Made by a program: the position numbers and the translations under genes. 64,000 nt of DNA from Escherichia phage FH3. Under the pieces are notes generated by a model, which saw nothing but the letters and a program-made list of their open reading frames with translations, was not told the DNA's origin and made no database searches. The stretch is from sequence record OR886155.1; one strand, written 5' to 3'. This document shows, in pieces, positions 1 through 7,710 of the stretch. Position 1 is the first letter of the stretch. Each line of letters begins with the position of its first letter.

Positions 1-56
1 TCCATGTCATCATCGTCATCTACTTCACCGCCACCAAAACAACTCATACAGGCTCC

Positions 57-278
57 TTAGTAAACTAAACCTATAGCCTTTGCATCGGGCTGAGGGACTA
101 CCTTTGCGCTAGGGCGATAGCCATCCACTGAACCATTCCAAAGGTTGACACAGGTAATATACCCATCGTCTATGATGTCTGTTTTAATCCAGAAGTGTTT
201 ATCATGACCAAAAACACTTCCGTTTGGCAGCGTGGACAGTTCAGCGGTTTTAAGTGACTGCTTAGAGTCTAGTTTCAT
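57..278 (-). CDS. small early protein, member 1 of a five-copy paralog family
   Basis: ORF track; shares ...G(S/D)VF...FW(I/L)...D...RPS..V(V/M)P(Q/R)PD with ORF 3307-3525 and the G-x-VF core with ORFs 3526-4293. Confidence 0.4.
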   Translation of the reverse strand: MKLDSKQSLKTAELSTLPNGSVFGHDKHFWIKTDIIDDGYITCVNLWNGSVDGYRPSAKVVPQPDAKAIGLVY

Positions 279-535
279 AATAACCTCAATTATCGTAGCA
301 TGTATTCCAATACATGTAGTTAACGTACGTTCTCGGTTTGATTCCGTACATGATGAAGTGAGTCTTCTTGATCCTTTCCTTCAGCGTGTAATAAAGGCCA
401 TCACTGAAGTTACCAATCTTTACTTGGAAGCGTAAGGAGCGAGCATCCATTCGAAGCATGGAGATTAGCTGTACCCTACTACCTCCAGCCATCTCTTCAA
501 GAAGCTTCTTTGTATTCCAATAATGAGCTGTCATA

Positions 536-817
536 TTACCACTCCTTACCGGTTGTTGTTACAGAACCACCACACCACTGTGCATCTGACAAGGTTTTAG
601 TTTCCTCATCTACTGCTGCACCGTTCAGGCATGAGATACCACTGTAACGCATATCAATTTCACCAGAAGGAACCTTCTCACCTTTGTGCCAGCGAGAAAC
701 ACAAACACCTTCCACTGCTACTGCACACCATCCATCAGGACGGCTCTGTACGCAGCCTGTAAGGGCTATGCAGACAAGGAAGATACATATTAAGGATATT
801 ACACCACCCCATGACAT
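536..817 (-). CDS. small lipoprotein (possible superinfection-exclusion type)
   Basis: Internal Met of ORF 536-874 begins MSWGGVISLICIFLVCIALTGC: hydrophobic signal peptide ending in lipobox L-T-G-C; GGAGGTG 7 nt upstream of this ATG; listed start at 874 is probably too far upstream. Confidence 0.45.
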   Translation of the reverse strand: MSWGGVISLICIFLVCIALTGCVQSRPDGWCAVAVEGVCVSRWHKGEKVPSGEIDMRYSGISCLNGAAVDEETKTLSDAQWCGGSVTTTGKEW

Positions 818-837
818 AACACACCTCCAAGAGCCTC

Positions 838-926
838 TAGCGAGGATGACAGGGTTCGAACCTGCATACTCCAATTACTTCTTTAACGACCGCTTAGAAG
901 GCGGGGAAGATACATCCTCGCTAGAA
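838..926 (-). other. tRNA-like structured element (not a canonical tRNA)
   Basis: Minus strand: 9-bp helix GCGAGGATG/CATCCTCGC closing a GCAGG-TTCGAAC-CCTGT T-arm-like hairpin and a CCGC-CTTCTAA-GCGG hairpin; no D-arm could be placed. Confidence 0.25.
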
Positions 927-930
927 GCTC

Positions 931-1371
931 TTATTTATTATTGAAACCCTTGCTCCAGTAATACTTACCGTTGCAAGACCTACTACAAAAATGGTTTTGG
1001 TTTTCTTTGTGGACCTTGTTACCCCTTCTCTCAAAAGATGTGCCACAATTACTACAAATCAAAGTAATGACCACACCCTTAGGTCTGTTCTCTAAGGTCT
1101 TCTTTAAGTGATCATTTGTGCTTAGAATCTGAAGGTTAGATATCTCATCATTGGTTGGATTTTGATCAACATGATCTACCTCTTCCTCCGCAGTAAGATA
1201 CCTCCCTACATGGCAAGACATTAAATACCTTGCATAAGAGATCGTAGTCCTATCTGTGTTAGAGTTGAATAGGTCAACACGCCTCCTCCCATCCTTACTT
1301 GTCCTTAAATACCCCAACCTCCAGTCATTGATGAAGGGGTATTCCAACTCTATTTTCAATACCACCTCCAT
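931..1371 (-). CDS. HNH-family endonuclease (putative homing endonuclease)
   Basis: HVDQNPTNDEISNLQILSTNDH motif plus C-terminal CSNCG...CSRSC zinc-finger-like cluster. Confidence 0.55.
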   Translation of the reverse strand: MEVVLKIELEYPFINDWRLGYLRTSKDGRRRVDLFNSNTDRTTISYARYLMSCHVGRYLTAEEEVDHVDQNPTNDEISNLQILSTNDHLKKTLENRPKGVVITLICSNCGTSFERRGNKVHKENQNHFCSRSCNGKYYWSKGFNNK

Positions 1372-1394
1372 TGAGCTAAGGGTGCTAGATTTGT

Positions 1395-1604
1395 TTAACT
1401 AAAGATACGAATGGCTACATCGTGACCAATATGACCGGGAACTTTATGCTGTTCTATTTTCAAACAGTGTTTACAGATACGAGATACACGAGATTCTTTT
1501 CTCTCGACCGGAGTGTCTTTAGCGTGGGTGATATGTAGGTTCTCAGTGATCACCCACTCGTGTTTACATCCAGAATCTTCGGGCTTTTTCTTACGAAAGA
1601 ACAT
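1395..1604 (-). CDS. small Cys/His-rich protein, Zn-ribbon paralog C
   Basis: Internal start MFFRKKK...; CKHEW...CKHC pattern related to the two upstream ORFs. Confidence 0.35.
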   Translation of the reverse strand: MFFRKKKPEDSGCKHEWVITENLHITHAKDTPVERKESRVSRICKHCLKIEQHKVPGHIGHDVAIRIFS

Positions 1605-1612
1605 AACACCCC

Positions 1613-1777
1613 TTAGATCAGATCTGTTTTCTTGTGCAGACCACACACTTTACAGCGAGAGTAGATACGCAACCCTTGTCGCTCTCTGTCAGTAAGTTTA
1701 TTTGTGATCGTCAGTTCATAAGTATGAAGATCTTCCCACTCATGGAAATGAAAGAAGCGTTTGAACCATTTGATCAT
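1613..1777 (-). CDS. small Cys/His-rich protein, Zn-ribbon paralog B (54 aa, below ORF-track cutoff)
   Basis: My translation: MIKWFKRFFHFHEWEDLHTYELTITNKLTDRERQGLRIYSRCKVCGLHKKTDLI; near-identical architecture to paralog A. Confidence 0.35.
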   Translation of the reverse strand: MIKWFKRFFHFHEWEDLHTYELTITNKLTDRERQGLRIYSRCKVCGLHKKTDLI

Positions 1778-1786
1778 AATGATTCC

Positions 1787-1948
1787 TTAGATTACATCAC
1801 GATGACTAACATCACCACACACCTTACACTGAATAACGTAACGTGTGCCCTTGTCGTTATTCCCATCTGAATCTGTATAGACCAGAGGGTGAGTATTAAT
1901 AATCTTCCAATCATGACAATGAAAGACACGCTTTAGCCACTTGAACAT
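1787..1948 (-). CDS. small Cys/His-rich protein, Zn-ribbon paralog A
   Basis: C-terminal part of ORF 1787-2122 from internal Met: MFKWLKRVFHCHDW...CKVCG. Confidence 0.35.
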   Translation of the reverse strand: MFKWLKRVFHCHDWKIINTHPLVYTDSDGNNDKGTRYVIQCKVCGDVSHRDVI

Positions 1949-1955
1949 ATTAACC

Positions 1956-2207
1956 TCAAGCACAAGCAGGGAGAGTGATGATTTTATACTGACCATCAAA
2001 CTCACTAAACAAACCCAAGAATGTAGGACTGTACGTACCAGTGCAAACAAACTCATCAAACAATGCGTTATAGCTAGGCTTAATCTTCCAAGCCCATACA
2101 TAACCCATCTTGTCAATTGCAATGTAACGAGTGTTCAGAGGAACAGTCATCATCACACCGTCAACTTCGATCACTTTAGTGATTGGTGCAGCTTGAAAGT
2201 TTTTCAT
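1956..2207 (-). CDS. hypothetical protein
   Basis: ORF track, 83 aa, same strand as flanking genes. Confidence 0.3.
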   Translation of the reverse strand: MKNFQAAPITKVIEVDGVMMTVPLNTRYIAIDKMGYVWAWKIKPSYNALFDEFVCTGTYSPTFLGLFSEFDGQYKIITLPACA

Positions 2208-2389
2208 ACTTTACCTTTGATAAAAATATCATTACCACAGACACAGCATGAACGAACAACAGTAGCGCCACGCTGAACGATACGAACCTCTTCCTTAACC
2301 AGATTAATACGAGCACCGCAGCAAGGGGAGTTGACATAAGAGTAACCAGCTTGCGTATGTTTTATTGTTTGCTTAGACATTTTATTCAA
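2204..2389 (-). CDS. small Cys-rich protein (CC...CC)
   Basis: ORF track; SPCCG...SCCVCG pattern. Confidence 0.3.
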   Translation of the reverse strand: MNKMSKQTIKHTQAGYSYVNSPCCGARINLVKEEVRIVQRGATVVRSCCVCGNDIFIKGKV

Positions 2390-2726
2390 GATCTCTCAGT
2401 TGTTCAGCCATTTGTTCGCATTCGTTGATGCAGAAAGCTTCTGTTCTTGGAACCCCGTTAGGGTTGAACCGTGTCTTATCACCTGCATGGGCACAATCAA
2501 ATCCGATTGTATTTAAACCACTCATCTCTTCAAGGGTGTCTTGCCATGTGACACCACCATGAACACTTACATAACAAACCTCTTCCTTTCCGTTATATCC
2601 GGTGAAGTTTTTATGTTTTAAGCTGTCTGGTAGCTCTACATATCCACAAAAATGGGAGTCGTTCATGTGCATAATCACAGCACGAAGACCTGATTTAGTG
2701 ACCCAATCTTTAACCATGCGTCTCAT
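2382..2726 (-). CDS. hypothetical protein
   Basis: ORF track; start moved to internal Met because the listed start overlaps a terminator hairpin. Confidence 0.35.
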   Translation of the reverse strand: MRRMVKDWVTKSGLRAVIMHMNDSHFCGYVELPDSLKHKNFTGYNGKEEVCYVSVHGGVTWQDTLEEMSGLNTIGFDCAHAGDKTRFNPNGVPRTEAFCINECEQMAEQLRDLE

Positions 2727-2770
2727 ATAAGCACCTCTTGTTAGTTTAAGTAAGAGTTGTCCCTTAATTA

Positions 2771-2798
2771 AAACAACAAAGGCCACCCGAAGGCAGCC
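2771..2798 (-). terminator. rho-independent terminator (minus strand)
   Basis: Minus-strand hairpin GGCTGCC-TTCG-GGTGGCC followed by U-rich tract; near-copy at 50101-50128. Confidence 0.4.
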
Positions 2799-3306
2799 TT
2801 TTATTTGTTAACTGTTATACGTCCAACCACCTTGCTTGTTACGAATGGCTGACATTGCATGAATCCAAAAGCCTTCCAGTTTCAGAGCACCGTTAGCTAC
2901 TGCATCCATACGTTCAGGGCGGTTCATACGTTTGGTTGATACTTTCATACCTATCTCTCTTTGTTAGTGGAGGCATTATTGCCAGTTGATATAAGGAATA
3001 GCCCTAGTCAGTAGACTAATCCTGACCGCGTACTCATTGCCGACCTTCTCTGCCTAAGAGTTCAGGTTCTAGAGCTATCTCTTATTCCAACTGGTGAAGA
3101 CTCCCTACCCCTAGGAAGTCTCCTGAATCCCAAACTAATACGTACCCCTACATATCAGAAAGTCTTTCGAAAATTAACAGGTTTTAGTCTAGCACCGGAT
3201 GTTCGAGCAAGCTCTCCCTAGCGGTGTGGCATATGCCTGAATTAATAAGTTAATGAGGAACACCCTCACATAGCCCTCTGATAAACACAAGGGCTATAAG
3301 TCGGTG

Positions 3307-3525
3307 TTACTTTTGAGTCAAATACAAATCAGGGCGAGGCATAACAGTGGTTGATGGATTGAAATTACCAACATAACCAGTGCTTAGATTGGCAGCCCTG
3401 CGTAGTCCATTAGAGAGATCATCATCTAGCATCAGCCAGAATTTTTGATCATAAGAGAAAACATCTCCCCCTTTAAGATCTTCCACATTTGCATATTTAG
3501 GAGTCTCAACTACTTTAATTTCCAT
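3307..3525 (-). CDS. small early protein, paralog family member 2
   Basis: VEDLKGGDVF...FWLMLDDD...PRPD; clear similarity to ORF 57-278. Confidence 0.45.
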   Translation of the reverse strand: MEIKVVETPKYANVEDLKGGDVFSYDQKFWLMLDDDLSNGLRRAANLSTGYVGNFNPSTTVMPRPDLYLTQK

Positions 3526-3783
3526 CTACTTACCCTTGTTGGTAATAATAACATCATGAAGAAGAACAATCTTGCTTTTCGAGCTAAGCTTAAGGACTTG
3601 CTTATTTGTCAGACTGAGGACGACACAACCACCATCAGAAGGCTTGGTCTCTTCAATCTGTGGGGTAAATAGCTGAACAACCATGTAGAAATCTGCTCGT
3701 GTTTCCCTGATTTGGAATACATCTCCAAGTTTGAGATCACCAACACACAAAGACGGTTCATTTACTTCAAGATTAATCTTCAT
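3526..3783 (-). CDS. small early protein, paralog family member 3
   Basis: VGDLKLGDVF core; abuts neighbours. Confidence 0.4.
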   Translation of the reverse strand: MKINLEVNEPSLCVGDLKLGDVFQIRETRADFYMVVQLFTPQIEETKPSDGGCVVLSLTNKQVLKLSSKSKIVLLHDVIITNKGK

Positions 3784-4009
3784 CTTTAGCCTCTATATTG
3801 GTTATGTGGAGATCGCTGCGTACTTGGCAAACTTCATCTCGTTTAAAAGGCATGAGCTTTCCAGTTACCACATCAACACAGTTGACATAGTTATCTGCGT
3901 ATAATGTGTCAGTTCTAATGTAAAGGGATTCTTTACGCTCAAACAGAACCCCCGGCTTCATGTTATTTAAGCGAAGCATTGTACGATCGGATTTAATATT
4001 AACTTTCAT
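3773..4009 (-). CDS. small early protein, paralog family member 4
   Basis: LNNMKPGVLF core; overlaps neighbour by a few nt. Confidence 0.4.
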   Translation of the reverse strand: MKVNIKSDRTMLRLNNMKPGVLFERKESLYIRTDTLYADNYVNCVDVVTGKLMPFKRDEVCQVRSDLHITNIEAKDED

Positions 4010-4011
4010 CT

Positions 4012-4293
4012 TTAATCCACCTTATTGGTAAGTCGAGCATTATCAACTACCTGAACAACAGTATCTTTTCTCAACATTGTTATTCTATCCGAAGTGAGAT
4101 CTACTACTACCCTTTCATCAGACTTCCAACTAGCTGAATAAACGGTTGAGGAATCTAGCTTTACTGTAAGATATAATTTATTTTTAGGTGGCACAGTTTC
4201 AAAAACACTTCCCACCTTCAGATCTTTCAGCTGCTTGACTACAGGGGCTGTATTAATATCATGCTTCATTGTTAATCTCCTGCTGCTTAGCAA
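4012..4293 (-). CDS. small early protein, paralog family member 5
   Basis: LKDLKVGSVF core. Confidence 0.4.
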   Translation of the reverse strand: MLSSRRLTMKHDINTAPVVKQLKDLKVGSVFETVPPKNKLYLTVKLDSSTVYSASWKSDERVVVDLTSDRITMLRKDTVVQVVDNARLTNKVD

Positions 4294-4555
4294 TAGCTAC
4301 TCGCAAGTCTTCATTAGCACGAGCAAGGCGTAATACTTCATTGTTGAGGCTCTGAAGACGCTTGTTTCTATCTTCAACTTGCATAATAAGATCATTAAGT
4401 ATTACTTTAACTTTCTCATTATACATCTCATCCACTCGGACTAGAGATTTATACATTCTTTCCCAGCTTGCTGCTTTGTTTCTGAGAACAATAAATCCTA
4501 TAACGCTGATAATTAAACAGCTTACAAAAAGGAATTTATATACTTCTAAAGTCAT
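4259..4555 (-). CDS. membrane-anchored coiled-coil protein
   Basis: N-terminal hydrophobic segment (FLFVSCLIISVIGFIVL) then heptad-like charged region. Confidence 0.35.
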   Translation of the reverse strand: MTLEVYKFLFVSCLIISVIGFIVLRNKAASWERMYKSLVRVDEMYNEKVKVILNDLIMQVEDRNKRLQSLNNEVLRLARANEDLRVAIAKQQEINNEA

Positions 4556-4755
4556 ATTATTTTACCCTTTATCAGAGATTAAAAGTAATATTATTTAAGT
4601 AAGTTATATTTAGTAAACTTATTTTCTAAGAAATTTTCAAAGGGTCTATATACAGAGCATTACTCATAGTCCCAGAATACTACCATCTTTTTCAATAAAT
4701 TTACTAAGTGGTTGGTTTATAAAGGAATTTAGTTTGTCAAATCTGGCACTAGTGA

Positions 4756-5145
4756 TTATTCCCTAGAGCTATTATCGAACACTAAATCACCACAATACAT
4801 AGGATTGGCATACCATTTTGGCACCCCTTCGCTCTTACTCTGAAAGTAAGTCCCACTATACAGCGGAACATAATTCTTCTTAAGGGCACGTTTAGCTAAC
4901 CGCTCGCTCTCTCCAATGGCTTGCTTAGTCATCGGATTTTTATCACGAAGCAGCTTTACATAACGTTTATAAGGTTTCTCCTGTTTTAATAGTACCGGAA
5001 TCCACTCAAACTGGTTCTTTTGTCTTATCACCTGTTCAGCGGTCAGTTTTCGTTGGGCCATTCTATTTATCACGGTATCCGCAACTAAAGCCTTACATGC
5101 GGTTGGCTGATTCCCTGCCTCATAATAAATAGTCAATGTCAACAT
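4756..5145 (-). CDS. hypothetical protein
   Basis: ORF track, 129 aa. Confidence 0.35.
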   Translation of the reverse strand: MLTLTIYYEAGNQPTACKALVADTVINRMAQRKLTAEQVIRQKNQFEWIPVLLKQEKPYKRYVKLLRDKNPMTKQAIGESERLAKRALKKNYVPLYSGTYFQSKSEGVPKWYANPMYCGDLVFDNSSRE

Positions 5146-5192
5146 TAGCTGGGCCGTTGTTATCAGAACTTGCTACCTCCTGTTTTACGGGC

Positions 5193-5220
5193 ATAAAAAA
5201 GCCCCAGCCGTAGCCGGGGC
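5193..5220 (-). terminator. candidate rho-independent terminator (minus strand)
   Basis: GCCCC...GGGGC hairpin (5201-5220) followed on minus strand by UUUUUU (plus-strand AAAAAA at 5195-5200). Confidence 0.35.
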
Positions 5221-5531
5221 AAACCTGAAAGCAACACATGACCGTTGCTATAAATACACTCGCAAATGCACTTACAGCAACGCAAAAAGCCGCTCAAAGG
5301 CGGCTATGCGGAAGCTTCAAATGGGGAGAGGGCACGACGCTACAGAAAGAGCGTCATAGTACTAAAAAGAGAGGCTATTGGAGAGGTTACTTATTGCCTT
5401 CCTTAATGCCTTGTTTTCTTGTTTAACCAATTCGTTTTCTTCTTGCAAGGATGCTACCAGATGGACCAGAACATCAACTACTGCATCACCTTGCCGCATC
5501 TCTCTGACTTTATTTAGAATCTCTGAATAAA

Positions 5532-5975
5532 TCATTTTACCCTCGCCTCTTTGATGGGGTCAATGTATTTCTCAACGCCCCATTTATGTTTACTATCTGC
5601 GTAGAAAACATCAGGCGCACACTGACTTGTCTTAGGGAATGCTTGCGGGTCTTTCGTGCTACCTTTAAACTTCTGCTTACCACGGGTGCGACCATTACAG
5701 AAGATTTCTAACTTCTTCTCTTCTTCTGTTTTAGCGCCCCCGCTCTGTAACAAAGAACGTTTATGATCGGCTAACAATAACGCATCAGCACGATGAACAC
5801 GATGGCCTACACGCTTTGCCACACTAGAAGGAATATGGGATTCAGCCTCAGCCTTTGCAGCACGACGTTTTAAACTACGCTTACTAACGTGATTAGTTGC
5901 CTTCGGTTTCTCTTTCTCCAGTTCAGAGATAGCAAAACAACGCCCGCCCTTCATGCTGATTTTAGATTTAGCCAC
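5532..5975 (-). CDS. basic hypothetical protein
   Basis: ORF track; K/R-rich, possibly nucleic-acid binding. Confidence 0.35.
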   Translation of the reverse strand: MAKSKISMKGGRCFAISELEKEKPKATNHVSKRSLKRRAAKAEAESHIPSSVAKRVGHRVHRADALLLADHKRSLLQSGGAKTEEEKKLEIFCNGRTRGKQKFKGSTKDPQAFPKTSQCAPDVFYADSKHKWGVEKYIDPIKEARVK

Positions 5976-6250
5976 AATCTTATTCCTTTTAGTGATAAAT
6001 TATATCGGGCAAGCCCATCAAGGTGACAGGCTTGAACAAATAACTTAATCGAGTAAACTAAATGACTTCCAACTGCGTAGCAGGATTGTACCATCATCCA
6101 TAGCCACGCATAACTTTAACAGCTTCTTGTTAGCACTACTCACCGTTGTAATTCGTCCGGTTGTACATTTACCTTTATTGCTATAAAGATAAACCACACG
6201 ACGGCCTAACAAACGAGATGGCGCTTCCTTAAATTCTGAAATGTTAGTGA

Positions 6251-6475
6251 TCATGATGCTTGATACCTTTGAATGTGTTCAATACGGGTTGATTGAGCAA
6301 ATGACGCTTTAACAGCCATTTTCCTAACTTCTTCTTTACGCTGGTTAGTGTGTACAGTATCCCAATGTTTGTTATCACGTTGGCGCTGTAATATCTTACT
6401 ACATTTGCGATGGTTTCCCGTGCTGCGATGTTTCTCACAAATAGGACACTTGCCAAAATTACTACTGAATATCAT
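6251..6475 (-). CDS. small basic Cys-containing protein
   Basis: ORF track; CPICEKH...HRKC cluster; the overlapping alternative frame 6244-6456 is judged less likely. Confidence 0.3.
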   Translation of the reverse strand: MIFSSNFGKCPICEKHRSTGNHRKCSKILQRQRDNKHWDTVHTNQRKEEVRKMAVKASFAQSTRIEHIQRYQAS

Positions 6476-6699
6476 TTTCTCAATCCCAGCTTTCTTAAGA
6501 TACGGCCTAACGTTGTTTCTTGCGTGATAATATAACTGATCGCTTCACGTTCCAGCGTTTCAATCTTCATTGGCGACGGATACCATTCACCGGTAATAAC
6601 ACATTTACATTCAACGCCATATTTTTTAGATAGGCGGTAATGTTGACCGTTGACAAGATTCCGATAAATCGTGGTATGCGTAATTAACATGATCATCAC
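6472..6699 (-). CDS. hypothetical small protein
   Basis: ORF track; abuts neighbours. Confidence 0.3.
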   Translation of the reverse strand: MMIMLITHTTIYRNLVNGQHYRLSKKYGVECKCVITGEWYPSPMKIETLEREAISYIITQETTLGRILRKLGLRK

Positions 6700-6801
6700 C
6701 TTTGATTAGATTCTTTGATTAATGCACTGAATCAATGCACTGATAAAAGAAAAGGCGCTACCCGTTAAGATAGCGCCTTATGTTTATTCGAATTGTCCTA
6801 C

Positions 6802-7710
6802 TTATGCCGCTTGGCGTGCTGCCATAATCTCAGCTGCCTTGCGCAATACTTCTTCCTCTTCTGCTTTCGCCGCTTGTTCGGTACGGGTAGCAACCGTTGA
6901 AGAGATACGACCTCGCAGACTTTCTAACTTCTCCTGCATAGCTGCAACAGTCTTTTCCATTTCATCAGCGTATGAATCGAGTGATTCTAATTCCTTGCTT
7001 GATGCGTTCATCAGATAATCATCTGAGATCGCTACCGTCGAGGCCGTTACTTTCTTGATGAGTGAATCAAAGGACTTTTTAACTTTGCCGACTTCTTCAC
7101 TCAAAGCAATGGTGTTATCACTGGTAGCGCCGTTGCGCTCATCAGCCAGTAATTTGGCTTCAATACGGATTGCATTCAAGCGTTCAACTAAAGCGTAAAT
7201 ATCCTGATTAAAATCTTCCTTGTTTTTCGCCGGAATTTGCAGGTGTGCCGCCACGTTGTCGTTGCAACCTTTGTAGAAGTTAGGATTATCCACTTCAATT
7301 GCACGACCTAAAGCAAAGTTTTCGAAAGCATTTGACCAGCGAGCACGATTTTGTTCCATTTTGGCCTTAATTTGCGCTTCTTTCGCGTCTTCTTTAGCTT
7401 TCGCCTCACCTTCCAGATTAATCCACTTTTTACGACCATTTGCCGCATCGGTGTTAAACTTGATAGGAGTTAAGAAAGTAATTGCAGTGGCAATCACATC
7501 CATATCACGAAAACGTTCGGTTAACAGAAAATCAACCGCCGACTGCAATACATCTAACTTCTTGCCGTTACTGCGGAAGTGCTGCAAGTGCCCTAACAGA
7601 AAATTAGAAACATCTTGTTTGATCGCCGCGTTATTGCTACGAATGTTGTTAGCCAGTGCGTTAAAACCAGATTCGTTAACCAGATTAAAGATCTTAGCCA
7701 TGATATTCAC
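6802..7710 (-). CDS. hypothetical early protein (coiled-coil C-terminus)
   Basis: 302-aa ORF, first gene downstream (minus sense) of the 1.8 kb non-coding region. Confidence 0.4.
   Translation of the reverse strand: MNIMAKIFNLVNESGFNALANNIRSNNAAIKQDVSNFLLGHLQHFRSNGKKLDVLQSAVDFLLTERFRDMDVIATAITFLTPIKFNTDAANGRKKWINLEGEAKAKEDAKEAQIKAKMEQNRARWSNAFENFALGRAIEVDNPNFYKGCNDNVAAHLQIPAKNKEDFNQDIYALVERLNAIRIEAKLLADERNGATSDNTIALSEEVGKVKKSFDSLIKKVTASTVAISDDYLMNASSKELESLDSYADEMEKTVAAMQEKLESLRGRISSTVATRTEQAAKAEEEEVLRKAAEIMAARQAA

Noticed and set aside
838-926. Canonical tRNA gene (candidate tRNA-Arg, anticodon TCT)
   Set aside because: Acceptor and T-arm can be drawn but no D-stem fits and the candidate anticodon hairpin sits too close to the acceptor stem; reported only as a tRNA-like element.
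5238-5426. Plus-strand ORF in an otherwise minus-strand early block
   Set aside because: Isolated opposite-strand ORF overlapping a minus-strand terminator hairpin, with no RBS; probably spurious.
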